Positions 1 through 8,503 of a DNA stretch of 20,000 bases are shown in pieces. The translations under genes were made by a program, and so were the position numbers. Under the pieces are notes generated by a model. The model was not told where the DNA came from, did not search any database, and saw only the letters and a list, made by a program, of their open reading frames with translations. Position 1 is the first letter of the stretch; each line of letters begins with the position of its first letter. Origin of the DNA: an uncultured virus (IMG/VR IMGVR_UViG_2757320372_000001) (Duplodnaviria > Heunggongvirae > Uroviricota > Caudoviricetes); the IMG/VR virus record IMGVR_UViG_2757320372_000001; one strand, given 5' to 3'.

Positions 1-81
1 CTGATTCAGGGTCATGAGCACAGATTGATAACTTTCCCATGTATCTACAAAGTATCATTCCCTTCATTGAAGTGAAGGAAT

Positions 82-741
82 GTGAACGTGAAAAATTTAA
101 AAATTGGTGGTTGTGCGGTTGTTGTGGCGTTGGTGGTGGGTTATCAGTGGTATGTTCAAGCGAATCCTATTCCTCAGGATGAACCTGTTATGTCTCAGAG
201 AGAAGAGGTTATTGACAAGCTCTCTCATCTTTCGACAACGCTTCCTGTCAAACAGGTAAGAAAAATCGAAACCAATGAGAAGAACTGGCATTACCATTTT
301 GAACATGATGATCTTCGCCAGACCACTACTGAATTCGGCAATAACAGTTCTTTGAACAAGCATGTATTCAGCTTTCCTTATAACAAAGGCGCCTGGTTGA
401 ACATAGCAACCACCAGCAAGCCGATTAAAGATGTGAAAGCCTATAAACCTCGCTCTTCAATCAACAGGGTATTCTTAACAACAACTGACGGTCAGTTTCT
501 GTGTGAATATGACGGTTGTTATGCTTCTGTCAGTTTTGATGGTGGAAAGGTTGAACGTTTTCGTGTTTCTACACTTGTCGGTTCTGCAAATAACATCATG
601 GAGGTCATTGACGGTCAGCGGTTTATGAGAGAGGTCAAACGCCATAAATCAGCGATAATTGAAGTCGATTATTTTCAGAATGGTTCTCAACAGTTCAGAT
701 TCAATCTGAATGATGGTGTGAAAATCATGTATTCATCATGA
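82..741 (+). CDS. Accessory (moron) gene: N-terminally membrane-anchored/exported hypothetical protein, 219 aa
   Basis: GTG start after AAGGA; basic N-terminus followed by a hydrophobic segment (IGGCAVVVALVVGYQWYV); paired Cys (GQFLCEYDGC); followed by an intrinsic terminator; lies just upstream of the tail chaperone gene. Confidence 0.75.
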   Translation: MNVKNLKIGGCAVVVALVVGYQWYVQANPIPQDEPVMSQREEVIDKLSHLSTTLPVKQVRKIETNEKNWHYHFEHDDLRQTTTEFGNNSSLNKHVFSFPYNKGAWLNIATTSKPIKDVKAYKPRSSINRVFLTTTDGQFLCEYDGCYASVSFDGGKVERFRVSTLVGSANNIMEVIDGQRFMREVKRHKSAIIEVDYFQNGSQQFRFNLNDGVKIMYSS

Positions 742-756
742 TAAAAGATAAAAACT

Positions 757-778
757 AACCCGCTTCGGCGGGTTTTTT
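757..778 (+). terminator. Rho-independent terminator
   Basis: AACCCGC-TTCG-GCGGGTT followed by a T run. Confidence 0.85.
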
Positions 779-789
779 ATAGGTAAAAA

Positions 790-1170
790 ATGAAGCTGAC
801 CATAGAAAACCTGAAAACCTTAGGCGCGTTTACCGGAAGACCTGTTGAACGCGAAATTGAGTGGCAGCAGGGGGAGAACACGTTTAAGGCAACGGTGTTT
901 ATTCGTCCTATGGGTTATCAAACTGCTACATCTGACATCATGGCGATTGGTGGGAAAATTGATGGTATTGCCGGACGAATCGCCGCATCTATCTGCGATG
1001 AAGAAGGTAAGCCGGTTTTTACTGTTCAGGACATAACCGGAGAAGCTGATCCTGATCGTGGTCCTCTCGATGGTGCATTGACGATTTCGCTCTTGCTTGC
1101 GATTCAGGAAGTGAATGATTTGGGGAAGGCTACAAGCTCACCGAAGAAGACGAATTCTGGTGTGAGCTAG
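790..1170 (+). CDS. G: Tail assembly chaperone (lambda gpG analogue)
   Basis: 126 aa, two genes upstream of the tape measure gene; ends ...VNDLGK followed by a short tail that overlaps a -1 frame ORF. Confidence 0.8.
   Translation: MKLTIENLKTLGAFTGRPVEREIEWQQGENTFKATVFIRPMGYQTATSDIMAIGGKIDGIAGRIAASICDEEGKPVFTVQDITGEADPDRGPLDGALTISLLLAIQEVNDLGKATSSPKKTNSGVS
1119..1128 (+). other. Programmed -1 ribosomal frameshift site (G to GT)
   Basis: T TTG GGG AAG: an X XXY YYZ heptamer (TTTGGGG) overlapping GGGGAAG, similar to lambda GGGAAAG. The -1 frame opens exactly here, after TGA at 1116-1118. Confidence 0.75.
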
Positions 1171-1460
1171 TGTTGAACGGTATTGGCGGCAAAACCATTG
1201 CTGAGGCAAAAGAACGGCTGTCAATTATTGAATATAAAAAATGGACGCTTTACCGAAACAAATACGGCTCTCTAAATCCAGGGTTGCGAACTGAATGGGC
1301 GAGTGGAGTCATTTCCAGTGTGATCGCAAACACCAATCGTGATCCGAAACATCCCGCCTTCACGCCTACTGATTTCACCCAACATTTTGATGAGCCGGAA
1401 CCGGAACAAGAATCTGATCAGCCGATTTCTCTCAAAGAGGCCATGAATACATGGCACTAA
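1119..1460 (+). CDS. T: Tail assembly chaperone, -1 frame part (gpT analogue), probably made as a G-T fusion
   Basis: The -1 frame reads FGEGYKLTEEDEFWCELVLNGIGGKTIAEAKERLS...; it overlaps the end of G and directly precedes the tape measure gene. Confidence 0.75.
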   Translation, partial: FGEGYKLTEEDEFWCELVLNGIGGKTIAEAKERLSIIEYKKWTLYRNKYGSLNPGLRTEWASGVISSVIANTNRDPKHPAFTPTDFTQHFDEPEPEQESDQPISLKEAMNTWH

Positions 1461-1509
1461 TTCACATCCTCATTCTAATCGAACACTGAGTTGTTTTTAC
1501 GGGGTCAAT

Positions 1510-3798
1510 ATGGCAGCGAGATCGCTCGGTACGTTAACGATTGACCTGATAGCGAAAGTGGGTGGCTTTGTTTCTGGCATGACCCAGGCTGAAAGGTCGG
1601 CTGACAAATGGCGCAAAAACGTGAAAGCCGCCGCTTTAGATGTCGGGGCAGCGCTCGCAGGCGTTGCAGTTGCCGCAGGCAGCGCCGCAGCGGGGATCGG
1701 TTCAGCTACACTTTCGCTCGTCAAGAATACTGCTGACCAGGTGGCAGAAACTGATCGATGGGCCAAATCGCTCGGGGTCTCTACTCAAAACCTCCTTCAG
1801 TGGCAGTATGCAGCAAAACAAGCCGGTATCGCCGGCGATCAGATTTCGGATATTTTCAAAGACATCAACGATAAAATCGGTGATGCCGTACTGAATAAAT
1901 CTGGTGATGCAGCCCAGGCGCTCGACACTCTCGGGTTATCGGCTACCAAACTTCAAAAATTGTCACCTGACAAGATCCTGACTGAAATCGGCAATGCGTT
2001 GAATCAGTCGAACCTCTCTACCGCTGGTAAAACTAACATTCTTGAAAGTCTGGTGAATGACGGTTCCAGGCTACTTCCTTTGCTTGAGAACAATAACAAG
2101 CAATTGAATACCTTCAAGCAGGCGGCTAAAGATTATGGAATCGCACCGAGCGAGGATCAGATTCAGGGGCTGGTTAAGGTTTCAAACTTTTTTCGTGATC
2201 TGGAAGGCCAGGTAGAAGGACTTAAGACACAAATCGCCGCAGGACTCGCCCAGGTCGATTTGTCTCCTTTACAACGTGGGCTAGACCAGCTTAGAACAGT
2301 TTTCACCGATCCTACCGTCCTGCAAGGGCTGACTACTCTCGTTGGTGGCGTAGCGTCATTGGTTGCTGATTTTGGTACGATTGCCGCCAGAGCAGCGCAA
2401 TTTACAACGTTACTTTCGCAAGTAGGCGATAGATTTAAAGCGGGGGGGTATGCCGCCTATAATGCTCAGCAAAATTCAGGGGTTAACAGTCTCAAGCTAG
2501 GTAACATCGCGCTTCCTACTCAGCCTGCTACCGTTCAGCAAAATTTAAAACTTGATAAAGGGGATTCTAACCAGGCTGGCCAGGCCGCTAAACAGTTGGC
2601 CAGTGCATATAGTAACGCAACACTTCAATATCAGCGCATGATCGCGACCATTAACACCAGTGCGCAGCGATCAGCCCAGGTCACTCAACTTCAGACCCTG
2701 AATTTTAATTTACAAAATGGCAACCTTAAAAATCTCAACGAATCTCAGAAAAATCGTCTTCGGGATTTGGCTACTGAGGTTGATCGGCTTAATGCGGTTA
2801 AGAAAGCCAATCAGGATAATCTAACTGTTCAGCAGTTTATTACTAATCTTCAGAACCAAAATCAAAACGCTCGCGCCTCAAACAATATTAATACGAGTGG
2901 ATTTGGATTAGGGGATCAGGAAAAGCAACGTTTACAGGACATCATCAATATTCGTCAAGATTATCTACAACAACAACAGGATTTAGATAATCAACGAACG
3001 CGCGGCGATATTAATGATGATGTTTATAATCGTGAGACCTCAGCGCTTCAGCAGGCTTTACAAACAAGAATCACTGATCAGCAGGATTATTATAAGAAAA
3101 TCGATGCCCTTCAGTCAGATTGGCTGAATGGTGCGCAAACTGGTTTTCAAAACTGGGTCGATTCCACTGGCGATATTTCATCAGCAGTTGAAAGTGATAT
3201 TAGTTCAGCCATGAGTTCAGCGCTGGACAATGTCAATTCGGCGTTAGAGGGAAACACTGTCAGCTGGAAGCAATGGTCTGTTTCAGTTTTACAGATGATT
3301 GAGAAAGTCGCAGTTCAGGCCGCCGCCTCAAATCTCTTCAGTGGTGCGAGTGGGTTACTGGGTTCTATCGGCTCAGGATTATCCAGCCTCTTTAGTGGAA
3401 CCGCGACAGCTAACGCCAAAGGAGGCGTCTATGGAGCGGGCCTCAGTGCATTTAGTAATTCTATTGTCAGCACGCCAACATTGTTCAGGTTTGCGAGCGG
3501 TGCGGGATTAATGGGAGAGGATGGACCCGAGGCAATCATTCCCTTACAACGCGCCTCAGATGGATCGCTGGGTGTAAAAGCCAGTGGACTCAGCTCGAAC
3601 TCACAAAGTGCAAGCGGAGGTGTTCAGGTCAACATTTCCATATCAGATTCAGGCTCCCAATCCACCACTAATAGCGCTGACTGGCGTCAATTCGGTAATG
3701 AAATCGGTCGCTTTGTCGATGAACGCTACAAAAGAAATCTCGCCCGAGACCTCAGGGATGATGGTGATATAGGGCGCGTGGTCAAAGGTAAACGCTAA
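1510..3798 (+). CDS. H: Tail tape measure protein, 762 aa
   Basis: N-terminus MAARSLGTLTIDLIAKVGGFVSGM; Ala/Gln-rich helical body; C-terminal ANAKGG...GLMGEDGPEAIIPL motif; position between GT and M. Confidence 0.93.
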   Translation: MAARSLGTLTIDLIAKVGGFVSGMTQAERSADKWRKNVKAAALDVGAALAGVAVAAGSAAAGIGSATLSLVKNTADQVAETDRWAKSLGVSTQNLLQWQYAAKQAGIAGDQISDIFKDINDKIGDAVLNKSGDAAQALDTLGLSATKLQKLSPDKILTEIGNALNQSNLSTAGKTNILESLVNDGSRLLPLLENNNKQLNTFKQAAKDYGIAPSEDQIQGLVKVSNFFRDLEGQVEGLKTQIAAGLAQVDLSPLQRGLDQLRTVFTDPTVLQGLTTLVGGVASLVADFGTIAARAAQFTTLLSQVGDRFKAGGYAAYNAQQNSGVNSLKLGNIALPTQPATVQQNLKLDKGDSNQAGQAAKQLASAYSNATLQYQRMIATINTSAQRSAQVTQLQTLNFNLQNGNLKNLNESQKNRLRDLATEVDRLNAVKKANQDNLTVQQFITNLQNQNQNARASNNINTSGFGLGDQEKQRLQDIINIRQDYLQQQQDLDNQRTRGDINDDVYNRETSALQQALQTRITDQQDYYKKIDALQSDWLNGAQTGFQNWVDSTGDISSAVESDISSAMSSALDNVNSALEGNTVSWKQWSVSVLQMIEKVAVQAAASNLFSGASGLLGSIGSGLSSLFSGTATANAKGGVYGAGLSAFSNSIVSTPTLFRFASGAGLMGEDGPEAIIPLQRASDGSLGVKASGLSSNSQSASGGVQVNISISDSGSQSTTNSADWRQFGNEIGRFVDERYKRNLARDLRDDGDIGRVVKGKR

Positions 3799-3808
3799 AA
3801 GGTAGAGC

Positions 3809-4147
3809 ATGGCCATCGAAACTTTTACCTGGTGCGCCCGAATCAACGCCTCGGGCGATATGACCTTTAATGTTCGTTCTATTCAGTTTGGAGATGGTTA
3901 CACACAAGTTGCAGGAAATGGAATCAACAATCGTTCTCAAAACTGGAACCTGACATTCACTGGAACTGAAGAATTCATTGATGAAATAAAAACCTTTCTT
4001 GATGCCCGTCAGGGCTATCAGTCTTTTGCCTGGGAACCACCAGGTGAATCACTCGGGTTATATCGATGCTCCTCATATAACCCGACCGCTCTCGGAGCAG
4101 GACTCTTCGAAATGACCGCAACATTCACACAGGCTTTCGCCCCATGA
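3809..4147 (+). CDS. M: Minor (distal) tail protein M
   Basis: 112 aa with ETFTW...QFGDGYTQ...GIN...SFAWEPP...ATFTQAF motifs; follows the tape measure gene. Confidence 0.92.
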   Translation: MAIETFTWCARINASGDMTFNVRSIQFGDGYTQVAGNGINNRSQNWNLTFTGTEEFIDEIKTFLDARQGYQSFAWEPPGESLGLYRCSSYNPTALGAGLFEMTATFTQAFAP

Positions 4148-4899
4148 GTTTGACCAGCGATTATCAAAAACTTGAACCCGGAAGTGAAATCCGGCTCTAT
4201 GAGGTTGACGGGTCGGCGTTTGGCGTTGATGAGGTGTTACGGTTCCATTCTCACAACATCCCCCATACTGAAGCTGAAATCCTCGCCGCTAACGGTGATG
4301 AAACCCAGTTACCCGCAAAATCGATTTTTTGGCAGGGTGAGGAGTATTCCGCGTGGCCTTGTAAGATCGAAGGCCTGGAAACATCAACAACCGGCAGCGC
4401 ACCCAATCCCCGCTTAACCGTGGCAAACCTGAACGGATCGATAACAGCTTTGTGTTTGCAGTTTCAGGACATGCTTCAGGCGAAAGTATCGATTCATGAC
4501 ACGCTGGCGCAATACCTTGACGCCGCAAATTTTGAAGATGGAAACCTGAATGCCGATCCGACACAGGAAAAGCTTCGGGTGTTTTACATCGATGAAAAAT
4601 CAAGTGAAACCAAAGTTCAGGTTGAGTTTGCTTTATCGAGTCCGATGGATCTCCAGGGGCTGCAAATTCCTACGAGACAGCTTCATGCGGTTTGCACCTG
4701 GTGTATGCGCGGTAAATATCGTTCAGGCGATGGTTGTGACTACGCAGGGACCAACTATTTCGATAAGTTTAATAATCCTGTCGATGATCCAAGTCTTGAT
4801 GTTTGTTCAGGCTCAATAACTGGATGCAAATTAAGGTTCGGGCAGGATAACCCGCTTTCTTTCGGAGGATTCCCAGGAACCTCGCTGTTAAGAACATGA
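4144..4899 (+). CDS. L: Minor tail protein L (Fe-S cluster tail tip protein)
   Basis: ATGA overlap with M; C-terminal cysteine cluster CTWC...GCDY...DVCSG...GCKLRFG and FGGFPG. Confidence 0.93.
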   Translation: MSLTSDYQKLEPGSEIRLYEVDGSAFGVDEVLRFHSHNIPHTEAEILAANGDETQLPAKSIFWQGEEYSAWPCKIEGLETSTTGSAPNPRLTVANLNGSITALCLQFQDMLQAKVSIHDTLAQYLDAANFEDGNLNADPTQEKLRVFYIDEKSSETKVQVEFALSSPMDLQGLQIPTRQLHAVCTWCMRGKYRSGDGCDYAGTNYFDKFNNPVDDPSLDVCSGSITGCKLRFGQDNPLSFGGFPGTSLLRT

Positions 4900-4968
4900 T
4901 CGCTCACTTTGATCAGTTTATTCATGTTCCTTTCTTATTATCTTCTTTCTTACTGAACAGAGGTCATC

Positions 4969-5850
4969 ATGTTTGCGGAACTCAGCGACGAGACATTATT
5001 GTTCTTTGATGTTGTCGGGACCGATCTTGAGGGACAGGCGGCTCCACTCAGCTCAAAACCCATCGTGATTGCGTTGGCTGGCGGTTATGGCTTTGACCAT
5101 GCTTATCTTCGTCCAGGTCTCGATGATCTCAGTGAGGATTGTCAGATTATTTATGTTGATATGCGTGGACAGGGCCGCTCGTCAGACGTGAAACTTTCTT
5201 CAATTCAGTTTGAACGCATGGCTGACGACGTTTATGAGTTCATGAAACTTGTCGGCATTCAATCAGCGTTTATTTTTGGCCATGATTCTGGCAGTTTCAT
5301 TGCTCAGAAAATCGCGATGCGTCACCCCGAAACAGTGAAAGGCTTAATTCTGGTCTCAAGCTCTATGGGGATGACGGTTTTACCTGGGAAAGAAGAGGAG
5401 GGCTATCCAACGCCTTTCCTCAAAGACCGTACCGAAGGCGAGTTGCTTGATATAGCGCATAATTTCTATTACAGCCCGCTTCCTCTGACTGAGTCACAGT
5501 TTAAAGAATATTTCAACAAGGTAGGACCGTTCTTTATGGCTCCTCAGAATGGCGAAATGTTTGCATCAATCTTTAATTATGTAACGGCAAAAATCGATGT
5601 CGTGAATCACTATCGTCGTCTGGTTCCATTCTTTAATTCACATGGGAAAATCAGTCTTGTAAAAACACCTTCATTAGTCATGAGCGGTGTTTATGACTGG
5701 GCCACTCCATCGGTCGGATCATTTATGCTGTCAAAAAAATTATATGATTCAACCTTCGTTGAGTTTAAAGAATCCGGGCATTATTTATTTAATGAGGAAC
5801 CTGAAAAGTTCAAATCAATTGTGAAGGCATTTATTGCAAGTCACAACTAA
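4969..5850 (+). CDS. Alpha/beta-hydrolase fold protein (proline iminopeptidase-like scaffold) with Asp at the nucleophile elbow
   Basis: GGYGFDH, YVDMRGQGRS, GHDSG (D106), GVYDWATP (D243), SGHYLFNEEPE (H271); RBS GAGG. Confidence 0.85.
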   Translation: MFAELSDETLLFFDVVGTDLEGQAAPLSSKPIVIALAGGYGFDHAYLRPGLDDLSEDCQIIYVDMRGQGRSSDVKLSSIQFERMADDVYEFMKLVGIQSAFIFGHDSGSFIAQKIAMRHPETVKGLILVSSSMGMTVLPGKEEEGYPTPFLKDRTEGELLDIAHNFYYSPLPLTESQFKEYFNKVGPFFMAPQNGEMFASIFNYVTAKIDVVNHYRRLVPFFNSHGKISLVKTPSLVMSGVYDWATPSVGSFMLSKKLYDSTFVEFKESGHYLFNEEPEKFKSIVKAFIASHN

Positions 5851-5928
5851 AGAATGTGCATGTTGGGAGTCTTTTTATCTATAAGGAAGTGATTATACCT
5901 CTGCTTTTATTAACTTCATGAGGTTCAT

Positions 5929-6798
5929 ATGTTTGCAAATGTTAACGGTAAAAGCATTTTCTTTGATGTTATCGGAGAAGGTTTGAACGCCTCTACGCCT
6001 GAAATGACAAAGAAACCTGTTTTTGTGGCGATTCATTGCGCATCAGGTTTTGATCATGGTTATCTGAGACGCGGATTGGATATTCTGACTTTTTTCGGCC
6101 AGGTCATTTACATCGATCTTCCTGCATCAGGACGTTCATTAGGTGTAGATGCCTCAACTGTCACCTTTGAAAACCTGGCTGATGATGTCGCAGCAATCAT
6201 CGATCATTTGGGTCTCGACAAAGTTTATCTCGTTGGCCATTGCGCTGGTGGGTTTGTCGCTCAACACTTCGCGCTTCGTCATCAGGAAAAACTTAAGGCG
6301 CTGATTTTGGTTAACACCTCGCCTTCGTTTGATAAAGTGATTGATAACATCCCATCTCCAACGCTCGTTGAACGTGCGCCGCCTGATGTCGTTGAGGCGT
6401 GCTTGACGGTTTACGGAAAGGGCATTATCACAGAAGAGACGGTGAAAGCTTGCTTTGATAAAGCGGGGCCACATTTCCTGGCAAAAGATAAAATGGATAT
6501 GTTCCAGCCCCTGGTTCGCAACTTCACCGGGATTTCGATTCCGATGCTAAATCGGTTTGTGAACCATATTTATAAAACTTATGACGTTCGTCGTGAACTC
6601 CATAAAATCACTGTCCCTACACTGGTTATCGCCGGTTCTCAGGACTGGTTAACGCCACCAGCAGGATCACGTTTCATCGCGAAAGAAATCCCGAACTCAA
6701 GTTATGTTGAATTTAAGGATTCTTGTCATATTTCGTTCATTGAGCTTCCTGATGACTTTTATCCGGTTGTTCACGATTTCATTCGCGTTGTCGAATAA
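5929..6798 (+). CDS. Alpha/beta-hydrolase fold protein, paralog of the upstream gene, with Cys at the nucleophile elbow
   Basis: HCASGFDH, YIDLPASGRS, GHCAGG (C105), PTLVIAGSQDWLTP (D239), SCHISFIE (H267); RBS GAGG. Confidence 0.85.
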   Translation: MFANVNGKSIFFDVIGEGLNASTPEMTKKPVFVAIHCASGFDHGYLRRGLDILTFFGQVIYIDLPASGRSLGVDASTVTFENLADDVAAIIDHLGLDKVYLVGHCAGGFVAQHFALRHQEKLKALILVNTSPSFDKVIDNIPSPTLVERAPPDVVEACLTVYGKGIITEETVKACFDKAGPHFLAKDKMDMFQPLVRNFTGISIPMLNRFVNHIYKTYDVRRELHKITVPTLVIAGSQDWLTPPAGSRFIAKEIPNSSYVEFKDSCHISFIELPDDFYPVVHDFIRVVE

Positions 6799-6805
6799 CA
6801 CAGTT

Positions 6806-6827
6806 AAACCCGCTGAGGCGGGTTTTT
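6806..6827 (+). terminator. Rho-independent terminator
   Basis: AAACCCGC-TGAG-GCGGGTTT TT. Confidence 0.75.
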
Positions 6828-6837
6828 GAGGTGCGTG

Positions 6838-7281
6838 ATGCTTCTGATTTCCCATGATGGTCAGTTTAATTTTGATGGTGTTCTTGACTTAATTTCAGAT
6901 CGTTCTTTGCTAAGTCTGATGGAGCGGGACAGAGACACATTTTCAAAAAAGTTTGATTATGCTTTCTTTTACCTTAATAACGTTTATAAGTTTTACCATT
7001 ATATGACTTATCACGGAAATTATTCTTTAATGGCGAATGGTTTTGGCATGGCTCATAATCATCGATTAGATTTGCCTGTGAAGGAAAAATGCAAGGAGCT
7101 TTATCTCCGTGCGCTTGAAAAGTTTAGGTGTGAACTCAAGCTTTTTATTGATTCTTATGAGCTTTATTTATTCAAGACGCTGGAGCACCAGATGGGGATT
7201 TTCATTCTTAAAGAAGATAAATTTCTTGCACAGTATTACAATGAATCGCTCAGGTTAAATTTGATGAGTAAGCTTTTCTAG
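6838..7281 (+). CDS. Hypothetical protein, AT-rich and rich in aromatic residues, about 147 aa
   Basis: ORF fills the gap between two terminators; GAGGTG at 6828-6833 favours ATG 6838 over the TTG at 6826; no motif recognised. Confidence 0.65.
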   Translation: MLLISHDGQFNFDGVLDLISDRSLLSLMERDRDTFSKKFDYAFFYLNNVYKFYHYMTYHGNYSLMANGFGMAHNHRLDLPVKEKCKELYLRALEKFRCELKLFIDSYELYLFKTLEHQMGIFILKEDKFLAQYYNESLRLNLMSKLF

Positions 7282-7287
7282 CCTGAC

Positions 7288-7310
7288 AACCCGCGAAAGC
7301 GGGTTTTTTT
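7288..7310 (+). terminator. Rho-independent terminator
   Basis: AACCCGC-GAAA-GCGGGTT TTTTT. Confidence 0.88.
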
Positions 7311-7317
7311 ATGGGTG
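7288..7317 (+). repeat. 30-bp direct repeat, copy 1 (terminator plus RBS boundary)
   Basis: AACCCGCGAAAGCGGGTTTTTTTATGGGTG, identical at 8505-8534. Confidence 0.9.
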
Positions 7318-7321
7318 TCTA

Positions 7322-8032
7322 ATGGACCAGGGGATCATAAACGCAATCTTCGACCATGCCAAACGGGATTATCCCGCTGAATGTTGTGGTGTAGTCGTTC
7401 AGAACAATGACGCTGAATGTTACTTTCCTTGCCGAAACCTCTCTGAAAATCCGCGTGAACAATTCATTCTCAATCCTAAGGATTTCGCCGAAGCCGAAGA
7501 CCTGGGGGTTATCACGGCTATCGTTCACAGTCATCCTGACGCCACGACTCAACCCAGTCATCTTGACAGGGCGATGTGTGATGACAGCGCGGTTCCGTGG
7601 GTGATTGTGAGCTGGCCGGAGGGTGATTTAAAGACGATCTATCCCAGGGGCGAGCTTCCCCTGATAGAAAGGCCGTTTGTGCTGGGGCATTCTGATTGCT
7701 GGGGGCTGGTCATGAGCTACTTCAAACAGGTCCACGGCATAGAGCTAAACGATTACCGCGTTGATTATCCGTGGTGGGAGGACGATCACCCTGAAAATCT
7801 CTATCGAGATAACTGGTATGAATGCGGATTCCGCGAGTTTACCGGCAAGCCGAAGGCAGGGGATCTAATCATGATGCAGATTCAATCGAAAAAATGGAAT
7901 CATGCTGGCGTGATGCTTGATGGAAACATGATGCTTCACCATCTTTATGGCCGTCCTAGCAACAGAACGCCTTACGGCGGTTACTGGCGTGAAAGGACGA
8001 TGAAAATCGTCAGATATAAGGATCTTCTTTAA
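7322..8032 (+). CDS. K: Tail assembly protein K (JAB/MPN plus NlpC/P60 domains)
   Basis: ECCG, IVHSHPD...PS..D (JAB); PFVLGHSDCWGLV, NHAGV, MLHH (NlpC/P60). Confidence 0.93.
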   Translation: MDQGIINAIFDHAKRDYPAECCGVVVQNNDAECYFPCRNLSENPREQFILNPKDFAEAEDLGVITAIVHSHPDATTQPSHLDRAMCDDSAVPWVIVSWPEGDLKTIYPRGELPLIERPFVLGHSDCWGLVMSYFKQVHGIELNDYRVDYPWWEDDHPENLYRDNWYECGFREFTGKPKAGDLIMMQIQSKKWNHAGVMLDGNMMLHHLYGRPSNRTPYGGYWRERTMKIVRYKDLL

Positions 8033-8129
8033 CGAAGATTCGAGAGACAAAACCCAGTGTTCATAAAATGTTTTTCGCACACTTTGATAACTAAAGTATT
8101 CAATATGAAGGGTTTTTTAATTATCGGAA

Positions 8130-8138
8130 TGTTAGAAT
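8130..8138 (+). promoter_or_regulatory. Extended -10 promoter element for the hok mRNA
   Basis: TGtTAGAAT just upstream of the predicted mRNA 5' end (about 8142-8145). Confidence 0.55.
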
Positions 8139-8172
8139 AATGGCGCTGTGCTTTCGGATGTTTGCCGGGAGC

Positions 8173-8445
8173 ATGAGTGAACGGCAGGCAAAAGAAAGCC
8201 CCAGCGAATCTTTCAATTCAACCGGGGCGATCCTAGTGCGTGAGAACTCTAGATTAGCCCCTTACACGCCGAAAGGCAACGTTAGGAGGCTCAGAATGCT
8301 AAACAAACCCACGGTTCTAACCGTGATCATCTGTCTTACTGTTCTTGCGTTTGTGTTGCTTGAACGTGACAGACTTTGTGATTTTCGGATCAAAACGAAA
8401 ATCTTAGAGGTCGATGCAGGTCTGAGCTACGAACTTAACCGGTAA
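8173..8445 (+). CDS. mok: Mok-like leader reading frame, in frame with hok
   Basis: GGGAG RBS followed by ATG 8173; overlaps the antisense RNA region and runs in frame into hok, as in E. coli mokC/hokC. Confidence 0.45.
   Translation: MSERQAKESPSESFNSTGAILVRENSRLAPYTPKGNVRRLRMLNKPTVLTVIICLTVLAFVLLERDRLCDFRIKTKILEVDAGLSYELNR
8190..8245 (-). ncRNA. sok: Sok-like antisense antitoxin RNA (ends approximate)
   Basis: Minus-strand promoter at 8279-8251; minus-strand hairpin GCCCCGGuUGAAU-ugaaag-AUUCGCUGGGGC followed by UUUCUUUU; its G-U pairs form only on the minus strand. Confidence 0.75.
8251..8279 (-). promoter_or_regulatory. Sigma70 promoter for Sok
   Basis: -35 TTGCCT (complement of 8274-8279), 17-bp spacer, -10 TAATCT (complement of 8251-8256). 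Confidence 0.7.
8296..8445 (+). CDS. hok: Hok/Gef family type I membrane toxin, 49 aa
   Basis: AGGAGG RBS at 8284-8289; MLNKPTVLTVIICLTVLAFVLLERDRLCDFRIKTKILEVDAGLSYELNR fits the Hok pattern (one TM helix with C.T, then LC..R...EV.A.L.YE). Confidence 0.9.
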   Translation: MLNKPTVLTVIICLTVLAFVLLERDRLCDFRIKTKILEVDAGLSYELNR

Positions 8446-8454
8446 GGGCATCTG

Positions 8455-8503
8455 TGCGGCGGTTCGCCGCCGCATATCTCTCTTGCATTCCGAACAGCAC
8501 AGC
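8455..8503 (+). promoter_or_regulatory. hok mRNA 3' structure: UUCG hairpin and fold-back inhibition element
   Basis: TGCGGCGG-TTCG-CCGCCGCA at 8455-8474; CATTCCGAACAGCACAGC (8486-8503) is near-complementary to GCTGTGCTTTCGGATG (8145-8160). Confidence 0.75.

Noticed and set aside
8140..8295. 101-aa ORF starting at 8140
   Set aside because: ATG 8140 lies at or before the predicted transcription start; the region is better explained as hok leader plus mok
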